A stretch of DNA of 64,000 nucleotides, taken from the NCBI GenBank assembly GCA_951406725.2, contig OX597823.1, forward strand, positions 71,982,001 to 72,046,000, written 5' to 3'. This document shows, piece by piece, positions 14,031 through 27,487 of this stretch. The translations under genes and the position numbers were made by a program. Every line of letters starts with the position of its first letter. Within the stretch, counting starts at the first letter, position 1. This DNA comes from Octopus vulgaris. Its lineage: Eukaryota. Below the pieces are notes generated by a model. The model was not told where the DNA came from and ran no database searches. It saw only the letters and a program-made list of their open reading frames with translations.

Positions 14031-14848
14031 ACTACGATGAGCAGTTTAATTTTGCATGCTACAAATAAACATTTACAGTTTAATATGTTTACGTAATATG
14101 TTAGGGCTTACGTCAGTCAAACTCTAAATGTGGGAAGTATTTCAAAAATTTGTTCGCTTAAAATCAGCTCTAATGATTTTTCTTTACTAATCCGTGTCTG
14201 TTTCCGATCGTCTTTTACTGAGTATTCTTGTTCTCTCACACTCTGTTTCCTTTAACAGTTCAAATTTATTTGTATATATTTTAATCTTATATATATATAT
14301 TTTTATTTGTACGAATACTTTCTTTCATTCTCTCCTCCCACCGTAGACTTAACTATTTTGATTTTCGATCCAGTTTCACTAGTTTTCGTTCATTTCAGAT
14401 GAGAATAACATATATCGACGCTAGACATACGCTACAACACACCTGAACACATAGAAATACAGTAATACCACGCTATAACAAACACACGCACGAACACATA
14501 CACGCATCCAAATACACACACACGTACACACGCATATTCGTACATACATACATACATATGTACTTACATACATGCATACATATATTGATGTTGAAATTCC
14601 AATGAAGGAGCCTTGGATCTAGGTTAGAAACCGGTTCTTTTTTGGCAAGAAATCATACATACATACATAGGAAGGATAACCCTGAGGATAAAGAAATAAC
14701 AACTCACAGCATGGTAGAAGCCATAGCCACTCATAATAAAACGAAGTACTAGCGGAATGTCTCAGTGAAGACCTCAATAAAATGTAAACATATTAGACCT
14801 GTTATAATGATTTGAGATAAAGAATAGAAACTATTAACATAAACGTAT

Positions 14849-14891
<43 letters not shown>

Positions 14892-15766
14892 CATTTGACT
14901 ATGTGTACTTATATATATAGATGGACGTACAAGAGTCTATATGCATACTTAGAACATGCAACCACCAAATGACACATTAAAATTGTTCCAGGATATCATA
15001 AGCCAGTACCCGGTTTCCCTGGTGTCCTACAAGTTACACGTTGGAATACCTAGATTCCAACGAATCCTGCAACTAGACATTGTATGCAAGTCTCTCTCTC
15101 TCTATGTATATATATATATATATATATAATACGCAAATGAAGACTGAAACACATGACCATATACACACACAATTCACTTCACACAAGGACACATATGGAG
15201 ACACATGTACGCACATATGGACATACACATCCATAATCCATACATACAAACACAGTACATAGTCACCCCCCCCCACAAACACTCAGACATGTACACACAA
15301 TGAGACAGAGGTACACACACACGCATACATGCAAACACACACACATACACACACATACACACACACACACACACACACAAAACACACAAACACGAACATA
15401 CAAGCAAATGAATATGCAGAATACATACATACAAACGTACACATATACATACATATATACATACGCACACACTCATACATACATGCATACACACACTTAC
15501 ATGCATTGCATACATACACATACATTGTGTAAACGCACACACACACTGACCCACACACATGTGCGCAAACAAATAAAAGAACGCAGCTTGAATAACGGAC
15601 AGAGTCAACAACTATTGAAAAGGTTGCAAGACACAACGAACAATTTTTAGAAAAATAAATAAGTAAATGAATGGATATTTTAGCGGTGAGTGTCTTAAAC
15701 TATAAGGCACTAAAATTGAATGACTCTCCCCAGACACAACAGTATCTATCTATCTATCTATATATA

Positions 15767-15979
15767 TTCTTTTATTCTTTTACTTGTTTTAGTCAATTGA
15801 CTGCAGCCATGCTGGAGCACCGCCTTTAGTCGAGCAAATCGACCCCCGGGACTTATCCTTTGTTAGCTTACAACCTACTTATTCTATCGGTCTCTTTACC
15901 GAACCGCTAAGTAACGGGGATGTAAACACACCAGCATCGGTTGTCAAGCGATGTTGGAGGACAAACACACTCGCACGTA

Positions 15980-16036
<57 letters not shown>

Positions 16037-16192
16037 GACGGACCTCTTTCAGTTTCCGTCTACCAAATCCACTCACAAGGCTATGGTCTGCCTGAGACCA
16101 TAGTAGAAGATACATGCCCAAGGTGCCACGCAGTGGGACTGAACCCGGTACAACATGGCTGATAAGCAAACTAATTACCACACAGCCACTCC

Positions 16193-16229
<37 letters not shown>

Positions 16230-16442
16230 ATGTTTGTGTGTGTGTGTGTGTGTATGTGTGTGTGTGTGTGTGTGTGTATGACGGGCTTCTTTCAGTTTCT
16301 GTCTTCCAAAGCCACTCACAAGTCTTTGGTCGACCCGAAGCTATAACAGAAGACACTTGCCCAAGTTGCCACACAGCAGGACTGAACAAGGAACCATTTA
16401 GTTAGGAAGCAAGCTTCTTACCACACTGCCACTTCTGCGCCT
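15767..16442 (-). mobile_element. CORE-type SINE family B, full copy (15767-16193) plus a tandem partial copy (16279-16442)
   Basis: The minus strand shows a tRNA head, the CORE-like ggcaccttgggca.gt motif, an internal (TG)n tract and the 3' tail gactaaaacaagtaaaag. Confidence 0.9.
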
Positions 16443-16445
16443 ATA

Positions 16446-16511
<66 letters not shown>

Positions 16512-16539
16512 GAGAGAGAGAAACAGATAGATAAATTCG

Positions 16540-16574
<35 letters not shown>

Positions 16575-17184
16575 AGGAGTAGTTGCAGCAATAACCAGAA
16601 AATAGGCGTTGTAATAAATAGTAAATTACTTTACGAAAAAAACAGAACGTAATGATACATATCAGTTAAAGTAAGATAGAACGGCCAGGCAGCGAAAGAG
16701 TTGCTCACTTACATAGAGAAGATAGAAAGAAATAGAGGGGAAGTAGAATGAGAGAGATAGAAGGAAATAGGAAAGAGAAAGAAAGGCGAAGAGAAAGAAA
16801 GTGAAAGTAAGAAAGAAAGAAAGAAAGAAAGAAAGAGGGGAAAAAGATAGAGAAACTCTTGCAGCAGAAGAGACAGAGAGTGTGTTACATTTGACTTATG
16901 AAAGGGAAAACCTACACCGAATCAGTGTAGAATAGTGAGGAAGTAATATGATTTTATTAGAAATGAGAGAGAAAATCAATGTGGCGAGGCAGTAGTGGGT
17001 GGGGATGAAATGAAAAAATTGCGGATGCAGAAAGGATGAAGAACGACAGGTAAACAAGGATGGTAAAATTCGTTGCATAGAAAATTATGTGTGTGAATGT
17101 GTGTATATGTGTGTGTGTGTGTAGGCACATATATTTATATACATAATATATATATATATGCTTGTGTGTGTATGTGTGTGTGTA

Positions 17185-17216
<32 letters not shown>

Positions 17217-17339
17217 AGGCGTATCATTCTGTAAAAACCTTCTGCAAAATGAAGCCAGGAATTTAAGATCCATGGTGCAAATTGTGTACCAGGCACACCA
17301 AAATGATTTTCGTCTAAATAAGAGACAGCACTAGATTTC

Positions 17340-18530
17340 ATAACCGAAGACCTAAGAAAGAACGAATTAGAATGAAGAGGTGGAGAAATATGGAGGAGAA
17401 AAGGTATCATAAATCAGCTGAGCTTGGAATTTCGGAAAAAAATTGATCTAGTGCCGCTTAAAAGAAGCCACCAGAAAAAAAAAGCAGGGAAGAAGAGAGA
17501 GGTGAAAGCAGAGGGAGGCATTTTTTAACAACTCCTTCCAATCACAGCTGATCGTTTTCAAAACCTAGAAGAAACTTTCCACTCGAAGATTCTTCTTTGC
17601 AGCTGCCTACGCTAAATAAGGCAGTAATGGCAAAAGGTCGGTTAATGGTGTACTCTCATACCATCTAACATGACGTACAAGATCTATGAAAAAATTTAGA
17701 AGATAAGAAACAAGAACTGTGGCTCTGTACGTTGGCAGAACGTTGCCGTCGTCTGAAATCTTAGGACTCGGTAGGTTCCGTCTGAAAGGTTATCATTGCT
17801 AAATTTTGACATATCTATGCGCCATTAAGTACATTGATGTGACTGTGAAAATCGAGGGAGTTCCAGGAAGCTGTGATTGTCTTATGGATTCATCAGGCAT
17901 CAACCAGATCATTAAGAAAGCAACGATAAAAGACAATAAACTCGTGTATGGCTGGATACATATCCAAATGTGCCAATCCATAATTTGCTGGAGAACCACT
18001 GAGAAAGATGGCTGCAGAGCGATATACGGAATTCATCGCAGGCAAAACTCCGAACTCGGTATGCGATCTCGCTGAAGAAGATGGTTATGCGGTTAGATAT
18101 TAAATTCACAGCAGGGAAATCTTAGAAGCTGAGTATTCTGAAAGAAAGGTTCACTAACAGAATTTGCAGAGATGAAAGGTCTGAGCTTTCAACAATTCAA
18201 GAGAAAATAATTCTGTACCTTGAGAAGAATTATTACTACAATCTGAAGAACAAGGGCTATGCCAAAGACACTATGACCCAACTAAATAACTCGCTCAGGG
18301 TAGTTGATAAGAGACAGCTACCCATAGAATGTATCTTGTAGTGCTTGCAGTTCAGCATCATACCCAAAGTGCAATGGCCATTCCTGCTTTACGACAGCCC
18401 TTTGCCACAGTGGGAGTCAATGAACAGAATATGCACTTAATTCGCCCGAAGATGGTTGGGGCTTCACCAGCTTTCTACTCTATGAACCTGCGTAGTAAGA
18501 CTTCCAGGCTTCATTAAGTCTCCTAAAGCA
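17340..18530 (+). mobile_element. Decayed non-LTR retrotransposon, HERO/R2-superfamily RT region
   Basis: Broken translations YLCAIKYIDVTVKIEGVPG..., VWLD, IKFTAGKS, LRVVDKRQLP..IIPKVQWPFLLY follow, in order, recalled HERO-type motifs (YIDTSVQKGGVPG, WLDLANAYGS, MKFKPKKSRS, IDKSGLPG..LPRLLWPLLLY). Many stops and frameshifts. Confidence 0.7.
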
Positions 18531-18719
18531 AAAGAAGCAGTGCGGTGGGGGGGGGGGGTGTTTCGCAATTATTAAAAATCCAGTCTATTTTATCTGACGT
18601 CTTAAATTTGTCGTATGTATGACAAGATTTGATATATATCCATCGTATATGAGGAATTCATATAACTATTTTCAACAACATGAGAAGTTCATATAACTAT
18701 TTTGCGACAGAATGATTTG

Positions 18720-19156
18720 TCATAGAACAATGACTTCCTTCATTATTATATCAATAACTATCTCGTTTATAGTTGTTCGTAGTTTTCTGAATTCTAACGC
18801 TGTCAGTAAAACACTCCTAAAAATGGAATGGCAACATTTTCGAATATCGAACTCAACAAATCTGAAGTTGTACATCTCATCGATACTACTGCATTTTTTA
18901 GTATCGTCGATAGAGCGACTCCATTGTGTTTTGTGCGTTACGCGTCTAACTGTTATGTTTATTGCTGACTATAATCACTTCACTTGTCGTTTATTGATCA
19001 ATCTACATTTCGGAATAACTATAAATTTGCCATTTTGATTCTTCCGTTTAATATACGGTTTATGAAAACTGAGGCGTGCTACACGATCTTCAGTTTTTAA
19101 CTGTGTAGCTAAAACATTCACCACGTCATTTATTACAGTGTGTATGTTTTGCTTTG

Positions 19157-19215
<59 letters not shown>

Positions 19216-19700
19216 TGTATCTATTTCTCGATGTATTGTTTAATTTTAATTTTATCATGTTTCAATGAATCGATTTCAAAATTGCTCAGGTATTGTTGTA
19301 GGTTATTTTGTTCCTTTTTTAAATAGAAATTAAAGTCTGTAGATGAATTGGTCGTATCTTTGCCGAATAAAAATGCAATTTCCATTTCATTTTGATAATA
19401 TATCTTTATTTTATTCATTAGATCCTTCGTTTATTGTTTTCGCTATTGTTTTCGCTATAATCATTGAATCTGTGTTCTTAACGAAATCTGAAAAGTTTTG
19501 TTTTTTATCTATTATTCTAATTATTCAATTACTTTCTATCTTCTTATTTTGCATACATGCTTCGAACTTTGAAATCTGTGAGAAACTGCTGTATTTTGGC
19601 GAAAAATTTGAAGGAAAATTTGAACACATTTGTATGAATATAGACAGATGCAGAATTATCATCTTTTTGGGTTGTCGTAGAAACATTCATCATTAGGATG
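18720..19700 (-). mobile_element. Decayed Penelope-like element, RT N-terminal part
   Basis: Minus-strand translation GKDTTN ... PKCRLIN ... QW ... FRFVEFDI...LLTALEF...TTINEIVIDIIM resembles PLE RT motifs (DKTTN, PKCRLINP, FIQFDI). Confidence 0.7.
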
Positions 19701-20280
19701 GATTTGAGTAAAAAAAAAAGGTAAAATAAGTGCTGAGTGGAAAATATTGTAATTAATACGTAAAATGTTGCTATAGAAACAATACCAGTTTATCGTAAAA
19801 GCAACCTCCTTCTCCCCCTTCTCTTCCTCCTCCTCCTTCTTCTTCTTGCTATCCTATTATCGGGTTCAGTTCCACTATTGTAGTTTCCATACCTTAACGT
19901 ACGACATATTTATTTCTGTTGACAATTACCGTGAAATATTCCCGTACGTAAAACTATTGCATTTAGATTGAGGTTAAAATCTGGCATTTGACACAATATT
20001 AATTTCTTTTAAAGAATGAAAATATTGTTGCATAGCAAAGATTTATCTTCTGACAAACAAACAACGACATGGATATGCTTTGCTCCTATTCCATGATTTA
20101 TTCTGTAAGTTTTCATATGCATTTCGTAAATGAGAACTGCTACCTTCGGTGGAAAAGGAAGAAATGTAATTTATGCTTGTAACAATAGTCTTCGATTCAG
20201 AATTATACTATGTGTAAAAGTACAGAAATCAGATGAGTGGAATATGCAAATGAATTAAACATTTAAAATATACCACTGTA

Positions 20281-20466
20281 CGTGAAGGTGCTGAAAATTG
20301 TCTTGAAAGGTCCGTTTGTAGGCTCAACCTTCCAAGTCCTTTTACAGAGTTTATAAAGACCTAAGTGCGTGAATCTGAGAGGAGAAAATGTTGAATAAAA
20401 TCATAATTAAATAATCCTCTTGCATTTTCTTTTCCCCAAAGCGGGGAACTTTTCAATACTCCCTCG
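20281..20466 (+). mobile_element. Degenerate mariner MITE
   Basis: Imperfect TIRs (ta)cgtgaaggtgctgaaaa / ttttcaatactccctcg; transposase C-terminus KCVNLRGENVE*. Confidence 0.7.
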
Positions 20467-21479
20467 TTATATTCAATTTATTTGTAGCTAGTGTCGCAAG
20501 AGACCTACTATAGAAGAAAATCCTGAAATCGTAGCATTCGACAATAAAGGAATTTCAGCCTCGATCTAGATCAAGTTATTTTTATGAGCGCAAACGTTTT
20601 GTAGTCATCTTTGGTACACGTATTAATCTTATGATTATGGAGTGCTCAAACATTCTTCTAACGAGACAGAGACAGTTCTTCGCTATTATAGTCCAACACC
20701 AAAGCTTAAATATGTCTACTGTACAAAGTGGAATCTAATGATTATAATATCGCAATGCTCAAATTAGTTTTTATTATTCAGTGTTTATTTTCAGCCATTT
20801 TACAGTGTTGTACCAGCTAGGAATTTTTAGTTAATAAAAAACGTAGGAAACCGTTCAAATATCTTTGACCAATGTCGTCTGCTATATGAAGTTTCTATAT
20901 TTTCGACGTTTCAGTCTGGCAACAGTTATCAACAAATATAAACGTCAAAAATTTGACATCACTTTTACTCATAAGCATTTCATTGGATGTCACAGTCGCG
21001 TTCAACCCATGCATAAATTAGATTGTGAGTGCATTATTGCCACAGAATAAGACAAGTAATTTCGGGAAAAGGGAGATAATTAATTGATGAAGTCAGACTG
21101 ATCTGACAATAGTCCTCAAAGAAAGATAACTGCTCTTTGGCTCTGCAATCCACTTCGAAGTCATTGAAAATAATATATCAAAGGGAGACAATAAAGGGGA
21201 GATAATTTCAGAGTAGGTATAAAACTAAAAGCTTGAGAATGAATAGTGTCTTTGAAAAGATAGAACAAATGAAATGATTTACAATAGACATGAAAAATTA
21301 ATATTCAGGAAATAATCTTTATTCCCCTTAATGCAACGTTATCAAAAGTAACCAACTCAATATGTAATATGATCGAATATCATTAAATAAGTAATAAACT
21401 GCGGTTTTATTCATTCGGATTTACTATAATAATATTTAGATTAAATTCTTTAATGCATGAATGGATGGAAATATTAGAT

Positions 21480-22330
21480 AGGAAATATTAGATTTCGTCG
21501 ATTGATACCTGCCACATGTATGAGAAAACCAAAGGAAATTTGCTAAAGTAGGACTATACAGAGATGACAGATTCTGCCATCTATGTATAACACACCCATG
21601 AACAAATTTCTAAAGATATTAATAGTTAATTACAAAAAAATATTATCTAAAAATTATAATAGAGAGCCACGTGAAGAAACAAAATACATAATAATTCCAT
21701 TGACTCACCAAATATTATACAGTACATTAAAGATAACATTAGTAGACTCATTCCTTGCTATTGATCAATTGGCGATATATCTATTAAATATATTTTATAC
21801 TATAACAGTGCCTTAGTATGAAGGGTTTCAGTGATAAACTTACAGATATAAAAATCCAGCACGAACAATTACTAGCAATAGGAAACAGAAAAATGATATG
21901 GTAAAATCCACCGTATAACATAAATGGTCTCGAAGATATATCATGGTACTTCCTAATCATAAATTATTCCCATTTCCCTGCCTCACATTGATGCTACTAT
22001 TGTTTTAATAATAATAATGTTGAAGCCATCAATGGTTGTTTGAAAAATATAGTGTGATATATTTCCAACTTTATAAGAAGGCAGCACATGAACATGTCTT
22101 TAAAGAAACAATGTCAGTTAAAAATCTTCCTGTATAGTGTCACTATGGAATCTCTTAATGTGTCATAAAAAATCATATTACGAATTAACTAACCACTGCT
22201 TCAAGACCTGATATACACAATATGCTTGTTCGTTTAATTAAAACAGTAAAAGACATTCCAATCCATTATTAATACAAATGTAGCAGTTAAACTGCACAAG
22301 TATAAGCAACCTTGAAATTCAATGTAAAAT
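21480..22330 (+). mobile_element. Highly decayed Penelope-like element
   Basis: MIW*NPPYN (compare PLE IIWFNPPY) at about 21893-21920, with flanking degenerate similarity to 39480-40300. Confidence 0.5.
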
Positions 22331-22748
22331 AATTATAAAGATAAAACTACGTAACAGCCGCAGCAATGGTTGAAATACGAGCGCAATGGAAAGGATGAAA
22401 ATAATTCATTTGGTAGCCAAATTCTTGAATAAGAAGGAAGAAACATATGCATCTGGATCTGAGACCTTTCAAATATAATATCGTATCACATACACACACA
22501 CATACATACACACACATACACACGCACACACACACACACATGCACGCATGCACGCACACGCACGCACGCATGCTAACACAAATCGATCACGAAATATCGA
22601 GGGGACTACTGTGAAACTGTCATCTGAACGAAACGTCAGACACGCGTGGTAATCCGAGTAGTCGCGCATAATTTATCTGCTCAATAATTTCAATAATTAT
22701 GACCATATAATATTTAGGATCGACAAAATCTAACCCCAGCCACACATG

Positions 22749-22808
<60 letters not shown>

Positions 22809-22984
22809 TATATACAGGTACGATTGATAAATTGTCTCCATTATATATTTTTAATTTCACGCATGTGTATTGTTTGTTTTTGATTCTGTCGTCTACACAC
22901 TTTAGTAGGGTCAGCTGGGCAACGTGTCTGAGAAAAACAGCACCATAACGCAATTCACTGTGCCACGAAATTGGAAACGACTAG

Positions 22985-23082
22985 GCTGACAAAAAATGAG
23001 TCCTGGGTCTAGTTCTTTGACTAAAAGGCAGTGTACCAGCATGGCGGCAGTCAAAATGACTGAAACGTGTAAAAGAATAAAA

Positions 23083-23085
<3 letters not shown>
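22985..23085 (+). mobile_element. Family B SINE 3' fragment
   Basis: ccagcatggcggcagtcaaaatgactgaaacgtgtaaaagaataaaa tail. Confidence 0.75.
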
Positions 23086-23135
<50 letters not shown>

Positions 23136-23329
23136 TAATATCAAAGTGTAATCAGAAATATTTGAAATTTCTATTACCAGTGGCCTAGAGTGTAAAAATA
23201 TTTAGTCAATAGACTATATATTATTATATACAGTGTGTATTTAAACACGTAAGAGGTATCCATCATAAGATTCCTTGCACGCTAGTAGGACAGTTAAATT
23301 CCAAACTACTATTAGGGATAAAATTTCGT

Positions 23330-23762
23330 AGGGAATGAAAAATATAAACATTTACCATCTAACTCCTGGGCTAATGGCTGCAGACATTTTTAGCAAGTAA
23401 AATAATTTGCTAGGCGAAGTTTTCTTCAGCAGGTACACCTTAGATTAAATATATATCCACGAAGCAATCCAGTATATGCTCCTTGCTTATAAATTCTAAC
23501 TTTTCAAATCTACCGCGCAAGTGGAGCCCCTTGTCAGCAGTAAATAAAATGCCGGCTTTTCGTTTCGAAAATTATCCAGAAAAATTATCAATAATAAATA
23601 ATATCAAAGGGCATTCAGAAATATACCCACGTTTATATATATTTAATCTAAGATGTACCTGCTGAAGAAGACTTCGCCTAGCAAATTATTTTACTTGCTA
23701 AAAAGAGTCTGTAACCATTGGTCCAGGTTTTAGATGGTAAATGTTTTTATTTTTTATTCCCT
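23330..23762. repeat. Long inverted repeat (~125-bp arms) made of two divergent hammerhead-bearing pLTR-like units
   Basis: 23330-23456 is the reverse complement of 23635-23762; the right arm reads cctg-CTGAAGA-...-GTAAC-cattg-GTC-cagg. Confidence 0.85.
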
Positions 23763-24096
23763 TCATACAAACACACACACTCATAATGCCTCCATTAGGA
23801 AATGCCCATTTCCTATTGCATTATAAAGAATACCTAGACGATGCTGAATACAAGGAAAAAAATGTAAAGTTGTAATTGTGTTAATGTATAATATGCTTCA
23901 TTATATTTATAATGTTTAGAGACAAAGAAATATAAAACGTATATGCCCAGGTGAAGTTTGTTTTGGAAAACAAAAAATTGCAACCAATAAGTTGCACAAA
24001 TGTGGGTATACATCTACAGAAGAGACTTATGTGACCAATCATCAAGGGACATTCTACTTGGTCATTCGGCAGGCTAGATATAGAAGCTAATTCTCT

Positions 24097-24408
24097 TTCA
24101 ACTCAAGCCCTAATATCTGAATAGATACATTTCATAATAAGTGTAGGAGAACATGAAGGATGATCGCAGTGTTAATAACATAATACACGTGTTTATATAT
24201 AAGAAATATAATTTTGAAGATAATTGAATAAAAATATAAACTTTGAATTATTAAAGTTGACCCAACACCAGAGCGCAATGTTGAAGTGTAAACTTACCTC
24301 CGACCAGGAGTTTAAATCATTATCATGCACACCATTCTCTGAAAACTGTAAATATCAAATATGGCGGCAGTTAGAGGACTTATTCTCTACTTTTATCAAA
24401 AGACTAAC
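24097..24408. repeat. Direct duplication, copy 1 (copy 2 at 25351-25666)
   Basis: About 310 bp of near-identical sequence, from tcaagccctaatatctgaatag to ttttatcaaa.gactaac. Confidence 0.95.
24298..24345 (-). CDS. Putative 48-nt phase-0 exon FSENGVHDNDLNSWSE
   Basis: Branch-like ctctaac, acceptor gatatttacag, donor GAG|gtaagt; open in frame 0. An alternative AG lies 7 nt downstream. Confidence 0.55.
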
Positions 24409-24777
24409 GAAAGCAGCGAAGACATTAATTTCATTACTTTTCAGTAAGTAGAATAACAAAAACCATAAATATAAATAATTGCTTCAAATTTAATATTAGA
24501 CCAGCAACTTTAGAGGGATAAAAAAAAAGAGATCCCAGTAGTTTACCTTATTGACCCACGAAGGGATGAAAAGTCAAGTAGACTTCAGATCAATTTGAAC
24601 ATAGACTTGAAAGAAATGACGCTGTTTGATACGTTAACAATTCCCCGCTCGCTGTCTTACAACAAACTGATGATAAAATATTTTATAATTGGGCAATAAA
24701 GTGTGACCTATATTCAGGAGCGGATGTAAAAGCGTGTTCAGTCCCACTGCATGGCACCATGTTGCAAGTGAGTTCTA

Positions 24778-25350
24778 CGAGGAGTGTATAAAAAGTTTTG
24801 AGCCTATCCTAGAAACGGGGCTGCTAGGTAGCTGACGCATTTTTTTCTGGTAAGTACAGTCTTTTCGGAGTATTCTTGCTCATTTTCATGATTCTGATAT
24901 CTTAAGTTTCTTTTTGTTACAGATTTTTGAATAAACAAGTGTCGAGATTACAAGGAAAATTAAGAAAAGTGAGTACCTTCATTTGAAAGGCATGACTCCA
25001 TCAGAAATCCATGAAAATATGGTGAGAACCTTAACAGACAATGCTCCTTCATATGCAACAGTCAAACGCTGGATAAATGATTTCCAGCGTGGCAGATGTT
25101 CCCACACCAGGGGGGCCTCCAACTGCAATCACCGGGGACAACATTGACCTTACTCTTGATATGTTAATGCAAGATCGTCGAATATCATGTCACCAGATAG
25201 CTGAGAGGCTGGGAATCTCAAATGAAAGAGCAGACAACATTGTGACAAAAGAACTTGGGTTCTCAAAGGTTTCTGCAAGGTGGGTCCCTCGCCTTTTGAC
25301 TCCGGAACAGAAACGCACCAGGTGCACTTTGTCCACGAGCAATCTTGAAC
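24778..25350 (+). mobile_element. Mariner transposon 5' half (truncated, frameshifted)
   Basis: TA + TIR cgaggagtgtataaaaagttt; YLHLKGMTPSEIHENM..PSYATVKRW (HTH region) and LGFSKVSARWVPRLL. Confidence 0.9.
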
Positions 25351-25666
25351 TTCAAATCAAGCCCTAATATCTGAATAGATACATTTCATAATAAGTGTAG
25401 GAAAACATGAAGGATGATCACAGTGTTACTAGCATAATACACGTGTTTATATTTGTGTAAGAAATAAGATTTTGAAGATAAATGTATAAAAATGTAAAGT
25501 TTGAATTATTAAAGTTGACCCAACACCAGAGCGCAATGTTGAAGTGTAAACTTACCTCCGACCAGGAGTTTAAATCATTATCATGCACACCATTCTCTGA
25601 AGACTGTAAATATTAAATATGGCGGCAGTTAGAGGTCTTATTCTCTACTTTTATCAAACGACTAAC
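25351..25666. repeat. Direct duplication, copy 2
   Basis: Matches 24097-24408 and begins exactly where the mariner is truncated. Confidence 0.95.
25556..25603 (-). CDS. Putative 48-nt phase-0 exon SSENGVHDNDLNSWSE (duplicate)
   Basis: Same splice signals as 24298-24345; one substitution in the exon. Confidence 0.55.
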
Positions 25667-26163
25667 ATGGGAATCGAAAATTTCTTGACAACGTTTCAAA
25701 AAAAAAAAAACAAGAAAATATCAGAGTTATAAATTTTAGTATAAGGGCTTTAGGGGTCAGGAATACATTGATTATTGTGACCCTAGTATTTTATGTTTTC
25801 GATTCCAGAACGATGAATAGTAAAGCAGGGCTGGCAGAACTCGAAACCGAAAGAAATGTACGATACATCTAACCATTCTACTAGGAACCGCCTTAAATAT
25901 GGGTAGCAAAGTATATGTAAATATTTTTAAGTGCGTGTGTAAAAGGATGCAGACATTTTATTGTTTTACAGTTCCATTAGAAGAGGAAACCAGAATATAC
26001 GAAGTTTGTACTGTCGTTGGGTTTCTGAGTAGAATAGAAGACGAGAAATAAAGAATGATTTGTTGATCAACGCAATAGTAAGCAGGTTATCACGGTGGAG
26101 AGGTACTCCAGACTTCAAAAAATACAAGAATCCATCTGCTGTTGTTACTCGGCATCAGATTAC

Positions 26164-26224
26164 ATCATCACAAGTACTTATGGTCTGAAAGGCTTCTTCG
26201 TCATTCGAACTAGCCGAGTTCATC
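26164..26224 (-). CDS. Putative 61-nt exon (phase 2 to 0) MNSASSNDEEAFQTISTCDD
   Basis: Acceptor ccctaaatatttttag, weak donor gat|gtaatc. Its phases bridge the 96-nt exon (ends phase 2) and the 48-nt exons (phase 0). Confidence 0.35.
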
Positions 26225-26524
26225 CTAAAAATATTTAGGGAACACGCACACATATATTCACTCACACATGCATACACACATATACACACATACACATACA
26301 CACACTCACTCACTCACACACACACAGACTTAGAGACACACACACACATAGACATACACACATGCACACACGCACGCGCACACACGCGCACACATTACTT
26401 TTGATGACCATTTCATTTTTCCTCGACAATACTCTGAAAGAAATATTTGTAAGAAGCAGAGTAGAATGCTAGCACCAATTATTGAATACATATTTTTTTC
26501 ATTATATTCTGACAGTCTAAGTGG

Positions 26525-26730
26525 GCCTTGTGGCAGAACCGTTAGCACGTCAGACGAAATGTTTAGCGGCATTTCGTCCGTCTGCATGCTCTGAGTTCAA
26601 ATTTTGCCGACGCCGGCTTTACTTTCCATCATTTCGGGCACGATAAATTAAGTAACAGTCAAGTACTAGGGTCAATGTCATTCACTTCACCCTCCCCTCA
26701 ATACTGCTAACCCTCTGCTAAAATTTCAAG
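26525..26730 (+). mobile_element. Diverged family A SINE
   Basis: tggcagaaccgttagcacg...atttcgtc...ctgagttcaaatt. Confidence 0.8.
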
Positions 26731-27273
26731 CCTCTATTTTATAGCAGTTTTAATCCCTTCTAAAGAAACTCAAAGGTAGCCCAATCTCTACATGGTTATT
26801 TAGTATGCTAGAAATTGTAGGGATCACGTTGGTCTCAAAAGTAATCTTTTCCATCATAAATATAGCTAAATCATCAAAAAAAAAAGGGGGGGAATCTGAA
26901 ATGCATTTATCATATCCACCCCACCCCCGCCTTTATTATTTTTTTCACATTGTATTCCAATATAATCAGCTATATGCTCTGAAAATTATCTGTAGTAATT
27001 TCATTAAAAAATATCTATCATTTTTTTTACAAGTATGGCTACACTTTTGCAGTTACGTTCTAAATTTATTTGCTGAGCACTGAGTAGGATTCAACGAATA
27101 AAGGCCACGAAGAAAAATTAAATGTAACATGAGAAAATTACAGAAATTGAGAATCAAGTGTCTACATATAACACAGTGACTAGCAGAAAACTGTCTGGAA
27201 GGCAATCTTTCTGCTGGTGATATGTATGTACATGTATGTATATCTGTTTGCAGGTTTATATCTATCTATATGG

Positions 27274-27306
<33 letters not shown>

Positions 27307-27487
27307 TTTAAATGCGTATCTGGGTGAATGTATTATAGAACACACATACTACGTTTATTACGATGAACATATATATTTAGTATATTTCTTGGGTTTTTGT
27401 CATTTAATCAACCATAGGCTGAAAATTTAGATCTTTTTAAAACATATTTGAATAGGTATCATTCATGAATATTCGGTGTTATTTTAA

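Noticed and set aside
14708-14798. Minus-strand 91-nt segment with AG/GTGAGT ends
   Set aside because: Stops in all three frames; at best a non-coding exon.
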